A stretch of DNA of 14,119 nt. Source: Candidatus Saccharimonadota bacterium (GTDB lineage: Bacteria > Bacteroidota > Bacteroidia > Flavobacteriales > Blattabacteriaceae). Below are positions 1 through 8,081 of the stretch, one piece after another. The notes beneath the pieces were generated by a model. The model did not search any database. It was not told the origin of the DNA and saw only the letters and a program-made list of their open reading frames with translations. Within the stretch, counting starts at the first letter, position 1, and every line of letters begins with the position of its first letter. The stretch lies in assembly GCF_033370915.1 (NCBI RefSeq), contig NZ_CP104096.1, positions 146,345 through 160,463 of the forward strand, read 5' to 3'. The translations under genes and the position numbers were made by a program.

Positions 1-558
1 AAATTAATAGAAAAAATTTATAAATATAATAAGAAAATAAAAATATATAAAAAAAAAAATAAATTAAATAATAAAATTAATTTTTTAGATTTTAAACTTA
101 AAATAAGTTATAAGTCTATTAAACAAATAAATTATTTATTAAAAAAAATTAAAAAAAAAAAACAAATTATTAATAAAAAAAAAAAAAATAATAAAATATT
201 TTTAATATATTATAATAAAAATAATATATTATTTATTAACAAATTAAATAGAATAAAAAATAAATTACTTTTTATTTTAAACTATTTGTTAAACAAAAAA
301 AAAATTAAAAAATTAGAACTTTATAAAATTTATATTAAAATAAAAAAAAAATCAAAAGATAATAAAGGAATAATATCAGTAAATTATAATAGAATAGTAA
401 AAGGTGTAAATATTAAAATACCAATACAAAAATATTTAAATATATTAAAATATGAAAAAATTTATTATGATATATATACTGGAAAAATTTTAATTGATAC
501 TTATTCTACTAAAATTATTAAAAATAAAATAAATAATTTAATTAATTTATTAAAATAA
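1..558 (+). CDS. 3' part of a larger CDS running off the left edge; product unidentified (weak resemblance of the C-terminus to the PheRS beta-subunit FDX-ACB domain)
   Basis: I translated frame 1 codon by codon from nt 1 to the TAA at 556..558 and found no stop. The TTG start at 286 in the ORF track is therefore just the first start-like codon in an ORF open to the window edge. The tail ...KIYYDIYTGKILIDTYS... resembles the FDVY.GK....KS motif near the PheT C-terminus, with a similar spacing from an upstream SK... segment. Everything else is K/N/I low complexity, so identity stays uncertain. Confidence 0.5.
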   Translation, partial: KLIEKIYKYNKKIKIYKKKNKLNNKINFLDFKLKISYKSIKQINYLLKKIKKKKQIINKKKKNNKIFLIYYNKNNILFINKLNRIKNKLLFILNYLLNKKKIKKLELYKIYIKIKKKSKDNKGIISVNYNRIVKGVNIKIPIQKYLNILKYEKIYYDIYTGKILIDTYSTKIIKNKINNLINLLK

Positions 559-864
559 AAAAAAATTATTTAATTTTTTTATTAAATTATAATAATTTAT
601 TATACCAATATTTCTATAAATTTCTTTACCTTTTTTTAAAAAAATTAAAGTAGGTATACTAAGTACATTATATTTAATATATAATTGATTATTATAAAAA
701 ATATTTATTTTCTTTATATATATTTTTTTGTTATATAATTTATATATTTTATTAATTATAGGAATCATATTTAAACAAGGTAAACACCAAGGTGCCCAAA
801 AATAAATTAAACTATATTTAACATTTTTAATTTTTTTATATATTTTATTTTCATTTAAAATCAT
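550..864 (-). CDS. trxA: Thioredoxin (104 aa) with a variant CLPC active site
   Basis: It has FWAPWCLPC (canonical WCGPC) at residues 22-30. The conserved cis-Pro context SIPTLIFLKKGKE is present. The size is typical of thioredoxin. Confidence 0.88.
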   Translation of the reverse strand: MILNENKIYKKIKNVKYSLIYFWAPWCLPCLNMIPIINKIYKLYNKKIYIKKINIFYNNQLYIKYNVLSIPTLIFLKKGKEIYRNIGIINYYNLIKKLNNFFLF

Positions 865-868
865 ATAA

Positions 869-1036
869 TTATTTTTTAGTATTTAATTTATTTATTCTTT
901 TTTTTTGTGAAGGTTTAATATAATGTAAATTATTTTTAAATATTTTAATAACTTGTAATTTATTTATTTTATATTTATAAATTTTTAATATTTTTTCAAT
1001 ATTATCACCTTCTTTAATATTAATAGTTAAATTCAT
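869..1036 (-). CDS. rpsU: 30S ribosomal protein S21 (55 aa), absent from the supplied ORF track because it is short
   Basis: Manual reverse translation from the ATG (cat at 1034..1036) to the TAA (tta at 869..871) gives MNLTINIKEGDNIEKILKIYKYKINKLQVIKIFKNNLHYIKPSQKKRINKLNTKK. This matches the bS21 pattern (..V.EGE.IE.AL..FKR........R....Y.KPS..). It lies 4 nt upstream of trxA on the same strand. Confidence 0.75.
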   Translation of the reverse strand: MNLTINIKEGDNIEKILKIYKYKINKLQVIKIFKNNLHYIKPSQKKRINKLNTKK

Positions 1037-1054
1037 TTTAAAATAATTAATTAT

Positions 1055-2350
1055 ATGAATAATATAAATAAAATAAAAGGTACTTTAGATTTATTTAATA
1101 ATGATATTGAAAATATTAATAAATTAAAAAAAATAATTAAAAATAATTTTATATTATATGGATTTAAAAATATAGAAACTCCATCTATAGAAAATAAAAA
1201 TATAATTAAATTAATAAAAAAAAATTTAAATATTCCTTTATTTTATTCTATTTTAGATAAAAAAAAAAATAAGTTTTTAATATTTGATTTAACTATTTCA
1301 TTAATAAGATTTTTATTAACTAATACTAATAATATATTTTTTCCATTTAAAAGATATCAAATACAAAAAGTTTGGAGAGGTGAAAAACCACAAAATAATA
1401 GATATAGAGAATTTTATCAATGTGATGTAGATATAATAAGTTTTAAATATAAACTAGAAGAAATAGAAATAATATTACTTTGTGATAAAATATTTAATGA
1501 TATTAATTTAAATATATATTTTTTAATTAATCATAAAGATATATTATATGGATTATGTGAATATCTATTTATACCTAAAAATAAATGGGATTTTTTAATA
1601 AAAACAATAGATAAATTAAATAAAATAGGAAAAAAAAATGTTAAAAATATTTTAATAAAAAAAATAGATAAAAAATATATAAATAAAATATTTAAAATAT
1701 TTGAAATTAAAAAAAATAATATTGATTTTTTATTATATTTAAAAAAAAAATTTACTAAAAATAAATTATATGGTAAATATGGTATAAAAGAATTATTAAA
1801 TATATTTAATATAATTAATAAAATTAAATTAAATAAAATAAAAGTAAATTTTAATTTAAGTTTATCAAGAGGTTTAAATTATTATTCAAAAACTATATTT
1901 GAAATAAAAAATAAAAAAAATAATTTATCATTAGGTGGAGGTGGAAGATATGATAATATAGTAAAAATAAATAATAAATATATACATGGTATAGGAATTT
2001 CATTAGGTTTATATAGAATATATAATACATTAAAATTATATAAGAATAATGTTTTAACAAAAAAAAAAATTAAAAAAGTAATGATTTTAAATTTTGATAT
2101 TAATAATTATGTGCTAATAAATAAATATGCAAATATATTAAGAAATAATAAAATAATTACTGAAATATTTTTATATAAAGAAAAAATTAAAAAACAAATT
2201 AAATATGCAATAAGAAATAAATTTAATTATTTAATAATAATAGGAGAAAAAGAAATTAAAAAAAAAATAATAAAAATAAAAAATTTAAATAATAAAAAAG
2301 AAAATATATTTTATAATATAAAAGATTTAATAAAATATATAATAAATTAA
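1055..2350 (+). CDS. hisS: Histidine--tRNA ligase
   Basis: Class II HisRS signatures are present: IKGTLDLF near the N-terminus, motif 2 RYREFYQCDVDII, motif 3 GGGGRYDNI, and a C-terminal anticodon-binding-like domain. The 431 aa length is full size. Confidence 0.92.
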   Translation: MNNINKIKGTLDLFNNDIENINKLKKIIKNNFILYGFKNIETPSIENKNIIKLIKKNLNIPLFYSILDKKKNKFLIFDLTISLIRFLLTNTNNIFFPFKRYQIQKVWRGEKPQNNRYREFYQCDVDIISFKYKLEEIEIILLCDKIFNDINLNIYFLINHKDILYGLCEYLFIPKNKWDFLIKTIDKLNKIGKKNVKNILIKKIDKKYINKIFKIFEIKKNNIDFLLYLKKKFTKNKLYGKYGIKELLNIFNIINKIKLNKIKVNFNLSLSRGLNYYSKTIFEIKNKKNNLSLGGGGRYDNIVKINNKYIHGIGISLGLYRIYNTLKLYKNNVLTKKKIKKVMILNFDINNYVLINKYANILRNNKIITEIFLYKEKIKKQIKYAIRNKFNYLIIIGEKEIKKKIIKIKNLNNKKENIFYNIKDLIKYIIN

Positions 2351-2354
2351 TTAT

Positions 2355-3350
2355 ATGGAATGTGGAATTATAGGTTTACCTAATGTAGGTAAATCTTCTT
2401 TATTTTCTTTATTATCAAATATTAAAGTATTAATAAAAAATTATCCTTTTAGTACTATAACCCCAAATAAATCTATTATTAATGTATATGATGATAGATT
2501 AATTAAATTATCTAAAATTTTTAATTTTAATAAATTACAATATAATTATATAAATTTAATTGATATAGCTGGAATAATAAAAAATTCTTATAAAGGTAAA
2601 GGATTAGGAAATATGTTTTTATCATATATAAGAAATACAAAAATATTAATTAATATATTAAGATTTTTTTATAATAAAAAAATAATTAATATTAATAATA
2701 TTATTGATCCAATATATGAAAAAAAAATAATATTAAATGAATTAATAATGAAAGATATTGAAATAATAGAAAAAAATATAAAAATAAAAAAAAATAATAT
2801 TAATAAATTAAATAAAATATTAAAAATTTTTAAAAAAAAAAATAAAAATGATATAATAAAAATATGTAATGATGAAAAAAAAATAATAAAACAATTTAAT
2901 TTTTTATGTTTAAAACCAATTTTTTATATATGTAATATAGATAAATATACAAAAAGAGATGAAATATTATTTATTAAAGAATATTTTAATAAAAAAAAAG
3001 AAAAAATTTTATTTTTAAATATTAAAGATATAAGAAAAAATAAAAGTAAAAAAAAAATTAAAAAATTAATTAATAAAATATATTATAAATTAAATTATAA
3101 CACATTTTTTACAATAGATAATAAAAAAAAACAAATATGTTCTTGGAAAATAAAAAAAAATTCATATGCATATAAAGCATCTGATAGAATACATTCAACT
3201 TTTAGTAAAAGAATAATTAAAGTAGAAGTAATAAATAGTAAAAAAATAATTAAAAATAAAATAATAAATTATAAAAAATTTTTATCTATAAAAAATAAAT
3301 ATTATATAGTAAAAGATGGTGATATATTATTTTTTAAATTAAAAAAATAA
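2355..3350 (+). CDS. ychF: Ribosome-binding ATPase YchF (Obg-like GTPase family)
   Basis: It has the N-terminal P-loop MECGIIGLPNVGKSSLFSLLS, then DIAGIIKNSYKGKGLGNMFLSYIRN (G3 and YchF signature). The TGS-like C-terminus ends YIVKDGDILFFKL. The ATG is 4 nt after the hisS stop. Confidence 0.92.
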   Translation: MECGIIGLPNVGKSSLFSLLSNIKVLIKNYPFSTITPNKSIINVYDDRLIKLSKIFNFNKLQYNYINLIDIAGIIKNSYKGKGLGNMFLSYIRNTKILINILRFFYNKKIININNIIDPIYEKKIILNELIMKDIEIIEKNIKIKKNNINKLNKILKIFKKKNKNDIIKICNDEKKIIKQFNFLCLKPIFYICNIDKYTKRDEILFIKEYFNKKKEKILFLNIKDIRKNKSKKKIKKLINKIYYKLNYNTFFTIDNKKKQICSWKIKKNSYAYKASDRIHSTFSKRIIKVEVINSKKIIKNKIINYKKFLSIKNKYYIVKDGDILFFKLKK

Positions 3351-3488
3351 ATTTTAATTATATAATTCTTAAATATTTTATAATATTATAAATTTTAATA
3401 ATTTATAAATTAATAATATTTTTTATATAAAATTTACAATATAAAAATAATTATTTATAAATAGATAAATTAAATTTAACATTAAATT
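3351..3488 (+). promoter_or_regulatory. Only sizeable intergenic spacer (138 nt); presumed promoter region for the dapA-like/orf64/aroB/gyrA/rplS gene string
   Basis: It is the largest non-coding gap in the window. It contains TTTACA (3433..3438), a 17-nt spacer, then TATAAA (3456..3461), about 28 nt upstream of the ATG at 3489. Such matches are expected by chance at this AT content, and Bacteroidota promoters use a different consensus (TTTG / TAnnTTTG) that is not present here. Confidence 0.25.
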
Positions 3489-4355
3489 ATGAAAAACTTA
3501 GAACTTTTTATTCCTTTAATAACACCATTAGATAAGAAAAATAATATTGATTATTTTTCTTTAGAAAAATTAATATTATATATAAACAATTTAAAATATA
3601 TAAATTATATAATATTATTTAGTAATTTTTCAGAATATAGTTTTATTACAAATAATGAAATAATAGATATAATTAATTGTATAAAAAATAATAATAATAA
3701 TATAAAAATTATATTAAAAATTAACAATATTTATAATTATAATGATATTGAAGAAAAATTAAGTCAAAATATATATAACAATATAAATTATATAATTATT
3801 GATTATCCAAATATTAATAATATATACAAAGAAGAAATAATTAATAATTTTAATAAAATATTTAATAAATTTAAATATTTATTTTTTATTATAAATATAA
3901 AAAATAATATAGATGATAATATATTATTAAAAATAAAAAATAAAAATAATAATTTTATAGGAATAATAAATAATTATTTAATAACAAATTATGAATTAAT
4001 TAATAAAATAAAAATATTTATAAATAATGATATTAAGTTATTTTTAAATAATAAAATATTTAATAATATAGATGGTATAATATCACCATTACTAAATATT
4101 TTATTTAATTTTATTTATAATAAAATTATTATTAAAATAAATAATAATCAATATATAGAATATGATGAAAAATATTATAAATTTATTGAATTAATAAATA
4201 TTTTATATAATAAAATTAATCCTATTTCAGGTATAAAATATTTATTAAATATTATAAATATTTGTAAAATTTATATAAAATTACCATGTAATAATATTGA
4301 AAATATTAATTTATATAAAAAAATAAAAAAAATATATAATCTAATAAATTATTAA
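3489..4355 (+). CDS. dapA: DapA/NanA-family (4-hydroxy-tetrahydrodipicolinate synthase-like) protein; catalytic residues apparently substituted
   Basis: The 288 aa length matches DapA (about 292 aa). By-eye collinear matches to E. coli DapA: FIPLITPLDKKNNIDYFSLEKLI vs [29 protein letters not shown] vs NIIGIK, and NPISGIKYLL vs NPIPVKWACK. However, GTTGE is SNFSE and IGIK (K161) is IGII (ATA at 3966..3968). Confidence 0.6.
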   Translation: MKNLELFIPLITPLDKKNNIDYFSLEKLILYINNLKYINYIILFSNFSEYSFITNNEIIDIINCIKNNNNNIKIILKINNIYNYNDIEEKLSQNIYNNINYIIIDYPNINNIYKEEIINNFNKIFNKFKYLFFIINIKNNIDDNILLKIKNKNNNFIGIINNYLITNYELINKIKIFINNDIKLFLNNKIFNNIDGIISPLLNILFNFIYNKIIIKINNNQYIEYDEKYYKFIELINILYNKINPISGIKYLLNIINICKIYIKLPCNNIENINLYKKIKKIYNLINY

Positions 4356-4369
4356 ATTAATTATTAAAA

Positions 4370-4564
4370 ATGAAAAAAATTTATTTTTTATTAGAAAAAT
4401 TAGAAAAAAAAACCAAATTAAATAAATTTAAAATTATTAATATTTTAAATAAACAAATAAATTTAATATATAATAATAATAATAATTATAATAATTATAA
4501 TATACAAAATTACATTTTTATATTAATATTTAAATTATTAAATAAAAAAATAAGTTATATATAA
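4370..4564 (+). CDS. Hypothetical 64-aa protein (orphan ORF; may be a real small gene, a decayed remnant, or spurious)
   Basis: The ATG is 14 nt after the dapA-like stop, and its TAA is immediately followed by the aroB ATG (4565). I recognise no motif. It has a helical-looking K/L/E-rich N-terminal half, a poly-Asn/Tyr stretch, then a hydrophobic IFILIFKLL segment. Confidence 0.3.
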   Translation: MKKIYFLLEKLEKKTKLNKFKIINILNKQINLIYNNNNNYNNYNIQNYIFILIFKLLNKKISYI

Positions 4565-5635
4565 ATGTATAAAAACATATATATAAATAATATATTTAAT
4601 AAATTAAGTAAATATTTAAAAAAAAAATATATATCAAAATTAATAATTTTATTAGATAAAAATACAAAAAAATATTGTTTAAAATATTTATTAAATAATA
4701 TTAATTTTGTAAAAATAAAAATTATAGTAATAAAAAATGGGGAAAAAAATAAAAATATATATACTTGTATTAAAATATGGAAAAAATTAATTATTTATAA
4801 TATTGATAAAAATAGTATTATAATAAATTTAGGAGGAGGTGTAATAACTGATATAGGTGGTTTTATTGCATCATTATTTAAAAGAGGTTTAAAATTTATT
4901 AATATACCAACTACATTTTTAGGAATGATAGATGCTTCAATTGGTGGTAAAAATGGAATTAACTTTTATAATTATAAAAATGAAATAGGAATTATAAAAA
5001 ATCCTATAATGATATTAATAGATTTTAATTATTTAAAAACTTTACCTAAAAATGAAATTTTATCAGGTTTAGGAGAATTATTAAAATATGGTTTAATTTA
5101 TAATAAAAAATTATGGAATATTTTAAAAAAAATAAATTTTAATAATTATAAAAATATTCCATGGAAATTAATAATTAAAAAAGCTATTTTAATTAAAACT
5201 AAAATAGTAGATAAAGATCCAGAAGAATTATTAGGGTTAAGAAAAATATTAAATTTTGGACATACTATAGGTCATGCAATAGAAAGTTTTTTTTTATATA
5301 AAAAAAAAAAAATAACTCATGGTGAAGCAATATCATTAGGAATGATATGTGAATCATGGATATCTAAAAAAATAAACAACTTAAAAAAAAAAGAATATAA
5401 AGATATATATAAAACTATATTAAAATATTATAAAATAAGAAAAATATATAAAAAAAATTTTAATAAAATTTATAATTTTATTAAAAATGATAAAAAAAAT
5501 TATAATAATAATATATATTTTTCTTTATTAGAAAAAATAGGAAAATGTTCATATAATAAAAAAGTAAATAAAAAATTAATTTTAATGAGTATAGAAAAAA
5601 TGAATAATATTAATGAACAAAATAAAAAATATTAA
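4565..5635 (+). CDS. aroB: 3-dehydroquinate synthase (shikimate pathway step 2)
   Basis: Motifs present: [15 protein letters not shown] (NAD-binding glycine motif), [39 protein letters not shown] and [10 protein letters not shown]. The Zn-ligand and active-site motifs are all present, and the 356 aa length is full size. Confidence 0.93.
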   Translation: MYKNIYINNIFNKLSKYLKKKYISKLIILLDKNTKKYCLKYLLNNINFVKIKIIVIKNGEKNKNIYTCIKIWKKLIIYNIDKNSIIINLGGGVITDIGGFIASLFKRGLKFINIPTTFLGMIDASIGGKNGINFYNYKNEIGIIKNPIMILIDFNYLKTLPKNEILSGLGELLKYGLIYNKKLWNILKKINFNNYKNIPWKLIIKKAILIKTKIVDKDPEELLGLRKILNFGHTIGHAIESFFLYKKKKITHGEAISLGMICESWISKKINNLKKKEYKDIYKTILKYYKIRKIYKKNFNKIYNFIKNDKKNYNNNIYFSLLEKIGKCSYNKKVNKKLILMSIEKMNNINEQNKKY

Positions 5636-8081
5636 TATAAATGATGAAATAAAATCCTCTTATATTGATTATGCAATGTCTGTAATAATTTCTAGAGCTT
5701 TACCGGATGTAAGAGATGGATTAAAACCTGTACATAGAAGAATATTATATTCAATGTATAAATTAGGTCTTTCATATAATAAAGGTTATAAAAAATCTGC
5801 TCGTATAGTAGGTGAAGTTTTAGGAAAATATCATCCTCACGGAGATAAATCAGTATATGATAGTATTGTAAGAATGGCACAACCATGGAATTTAAGATAT
5901 AATTTAATTAGTGGCCAAGGTAATTTTGGTTCTATTGATGCAGATCCACCAGCAGCTATGAGATATACAGAAATAAAATTAGCAAAAATTACTGAAGAAA
6001 TGTTAAAAGATATAAATAAAAAAACTATTGATATGAAATTAAATTTTGATAATACATTAAAAGAACCAGTTATTTTACCGACTAAAATACCTAATTTATT
6101 AATTAATGGTATATCAGGAATAGCAGTTGGAATGGCTACTAATATGCCACCACATAATATAAATGATACTATAGATACAATATGTAAATATATTGATAAT
6201 AAAAAAATAAGTACAGAAAAATTAATAAAATATATAAAAGCTCCAGATTTTCCAACAGGTGGAATAATAAATTTATATAAAGGAGTAAAAGAGGCTTATA
6301 AAAAAGGAAAAGGAAAAATAATAATAAGTTCTAAATATTATGTAATAGAAAAAAATAATAAAAAATATATAATAATAAAGGAAATACCTTATCAAGTAAT
6401 TAAAAGTAATTTAATAAAAAAAATATTTAATTTAATAAAAAATAATAAGATTAATGAAATAGAAAATATTAAAGATGAATCTAATAAAAAAGGTATAAGA
6501 ATATTATTAACTTTAAAGAAATATTGTGATAATGAAAAAGTAATAAATAAATTATTAAAATATACTGATTTACAAATTAGTTATCATATAAATAATATAG
6601 CTTTAGTAAATGGTAGACCAAAAAGATTAAATTTAAAAAAATTAATATATTATTTTATTGAACATAGAAATAATGTTATTATTAAAAAAGCTAAATATAA
6701 TTTATATAAATTAAAAAATAATATACATGTATTTAAAGGTTTTATAAAAATTTCAAATAGTATTGATAAATTATTTAAATTAATAAAAAAATCTTCATCT
6801 TATATAGAATCATTTAATAAAATAAAAAATAATTTTGATTTAACTAAAAAACAAATAAAGTTTATTTTAAATATTAAATTATATAAATTTACAAATAAAG
6901 AAATTAAAAATTTAATTAAAAAATATAAAAAATTAAAAAAAAAAATTATAATAAATAAAAAAATAATTAATTTAAAAAAATTAAGAATGAATATAATTAA
7001 AAAAGAATTATATAAAATAAAAAAATTATATGGTGATAAAAGAAAAACATTATATAATGATGAAAATGATGAAAATGATAAAAATGATGAAGAAAAAAAT
7101 AAAAAAAATGAATTAGAAAAAAAAAAATATTTATTATTTATTACTCATAAAGGTTATATAAAAAGAACATTATTAAAAAAATTTAAAAATCAAAATAGAG
7201 GAGGAAAAGGTTATAAAGGTATTACAATAAATAAAAATGATTATATAGAAAATATTAAAATAGGTAATATTAATAATTATATATTATTATTTACAAAATT
7301 AGGTAAATGTTTTTTAATAAAAATGTTAATTATTCCTAAAGGAAATAAATTATTTAAAGGAAGAGCAATACAAAATTTTATTGACATAAATAATAATGAA
7401 AGAATAAAATCTACAATTTTAATTGATAATAAGAAATTTAAAAATATTAAATATTTAAATAATAATTATATAATAATATCAACTAAAAAAGGAATTGTAA
7501 AAAAAACTATTTTAAGTAAATTTTTTAAACCTAGAAAAAATGGTATAAATTCTATAATTTTAAAAAAAAATGATTTTTTAATCGAAGCTAAATTAAATTA
7601 TTTTAACGGTCAAATATTAATAGCTATAAATAGTGGAAAAATAATAAGATTTAATGAAAATAATATAAAATTAACAGAAAGATATTCTGTAGGTGTTAAA
7701 GGTATTACTATAAAAAATAAAAAGGATAAAGCAATTGGTATATTATGTATAAATAATAATGAAAATAATAAATATATTTTAGTAGTTACTGAAAATGGTT
7801 ATGGGAAACGTTCAATAATAAAAAATTATAAAATTACTAATAGAGGGGGAATAGGAATGAATACTATAAAAATTACTAAAAAAACTGGTAAATTAATATC
7901 CATTAAAAAAGTAAGTAATGAAGATGAAATTATTATAATTAAAAAATTAGGTAATATTATAAGATTTAATATAAATTCTATTAGAATAACTAGTAGAAAT
8001 TCACAAGGAGTAAAATTAATTAAAATAAATAATAATGATAAAATTGCTGATATTATAATAATAAATAAATATGAAAAATAA
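5613..8081 (+). CDS. gyrA: DNA gyrase subunit A
   Basis: Motifs present: [56 protein letters not shown], the catalytic-Tyr motif AAMRYTE, and the GyrA-box-like [10 protein letters not shown] at the start of the C-terminal beta-pinwheel region. The ATG at 5613 is the only in-frame ATG before the conserved N-terminus, which gives a 23-nt overlap with aroB. Confidence 0.97.
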   Translation: MNKIKNININDEIKSSYIDYAMSVIISRALPDVRDGLKPVHRRILYSMYKLGLSYNKGYKKSARIVGEVLGKYHPHGDKSVYDSIVRMAQPWNLRYNLISGQGNFGSIDADPPAAMRYTEIKLAKITEEMLKDINKKTIDMKLNFDNTLKEPVILPTKIPNLLINGISGIAVGMATNMPPHNINDTIDTICKYIDNKKISTEKLIKYIKAPDFPTGGIINLYKGVKEAYKKGKGKIIISSKYYVIEKNNKKYIIIKEIPYQVIKSNLIKKIFNLIKNNKINEIENIKDESNKKGIRILLTLKKYCDNEKVINKLLKYTDLQISYHINNIALVNGRPKRLNLKKLIYYFIEHRNNVIIKKAKYNLYKLKNNIHVFKGFIKISNSIDKLFKLIKKSSSYIESFNKIKNNFDLTKKQIKFILNIKLYKFTNKEIKNLIKKYKKLKKKIIINKKIINLKKLRMNIIKKELYKIKKLYGDKRKTLYNDENDENDKNDEEKNKKNELEKKKYLLFITHKGYIKRTLLKKFKNQNRGGKGYKGITINKNDYIENIKIGNINNYILLFTKLGKCFLIKMLIIPKGNKLFKGRAIQNFIDINNNERIKSTILIDNKKFKNIKYLNNNYIIISTKKGIVKKTILSKFFKPRKNGINSIILKKNDFLIEAKLNYFNGQILIAINSGKIIRFNENNIKLTERYSVGVKGITIKNKKDKAIGILCINNNENNKYILVVTENGYGKRSIIKNYKITNRGGIGMNTIKITKKTGKLISIKKVSNEDEIIIIKKLGNIIRFNINSIRITSRNSQGVKLIKINNNDKIADIIIINKYEK
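7056..7091 (+). repeat. In-frame 9-bp tandem repeat (aatgatgaa x4, one unit aatgataaa) inside gyrA
   Basis: Read directly: the four units are 7056..7064, 7065..7073, 7074..7082 and 7083..7091. They encode [12 protein letters not shown] in the linker between GDKRKT and the first pinwheel blade. Confidence 0.85.

Noticed and set aside
286-558. Stand-alone 90-aa gene starting at TTG 286, as listed in the ORF track
   Set aside because: The same frame is stop-free all the way to nt 1, so TTG 286 is only the first start-like codon the ORF finder met. A separate gene cannot be excluded but is the less economical reading.
3378-3413. Two 14-nt perfect palindromes (TTATAATATTATAA at 3378..3391; TAATTTATAAATTA a few nt downstream) in the ychF/dapA-like spacer, as possible terminator or operator sites
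   Set aside because: They consist only of A and T. In a sequence that is effectively a two-letter alphabet, a 7-pair palindrome is expected about once every hundred or so positions, and the stems would be very unstable.
4370-4564. orf64 as a truncated shikimate kinase (aroK) or AroQ-type chorismate mutase
   Set aside because: The position upstream of aroB is suggestive. However, there is no Walker A (GxxGxGKS/T) motif, no recognisable AroQ arginine/lysine pattern, and the ORF is far too short. This stays a speculation noted in the findings, not a call.
5692-5886. 64-aa ORF on the minus strand inside gyrA
   Set aside because: It lies antisense to the most conserved, relatively G/C-richer part of gyrA (the [13 protein letters not shown]...HPHGD region), where fewer antisense stop codons arise by chance. 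The product has no recognisable motif. A second gene here would overlap gyrA completely.
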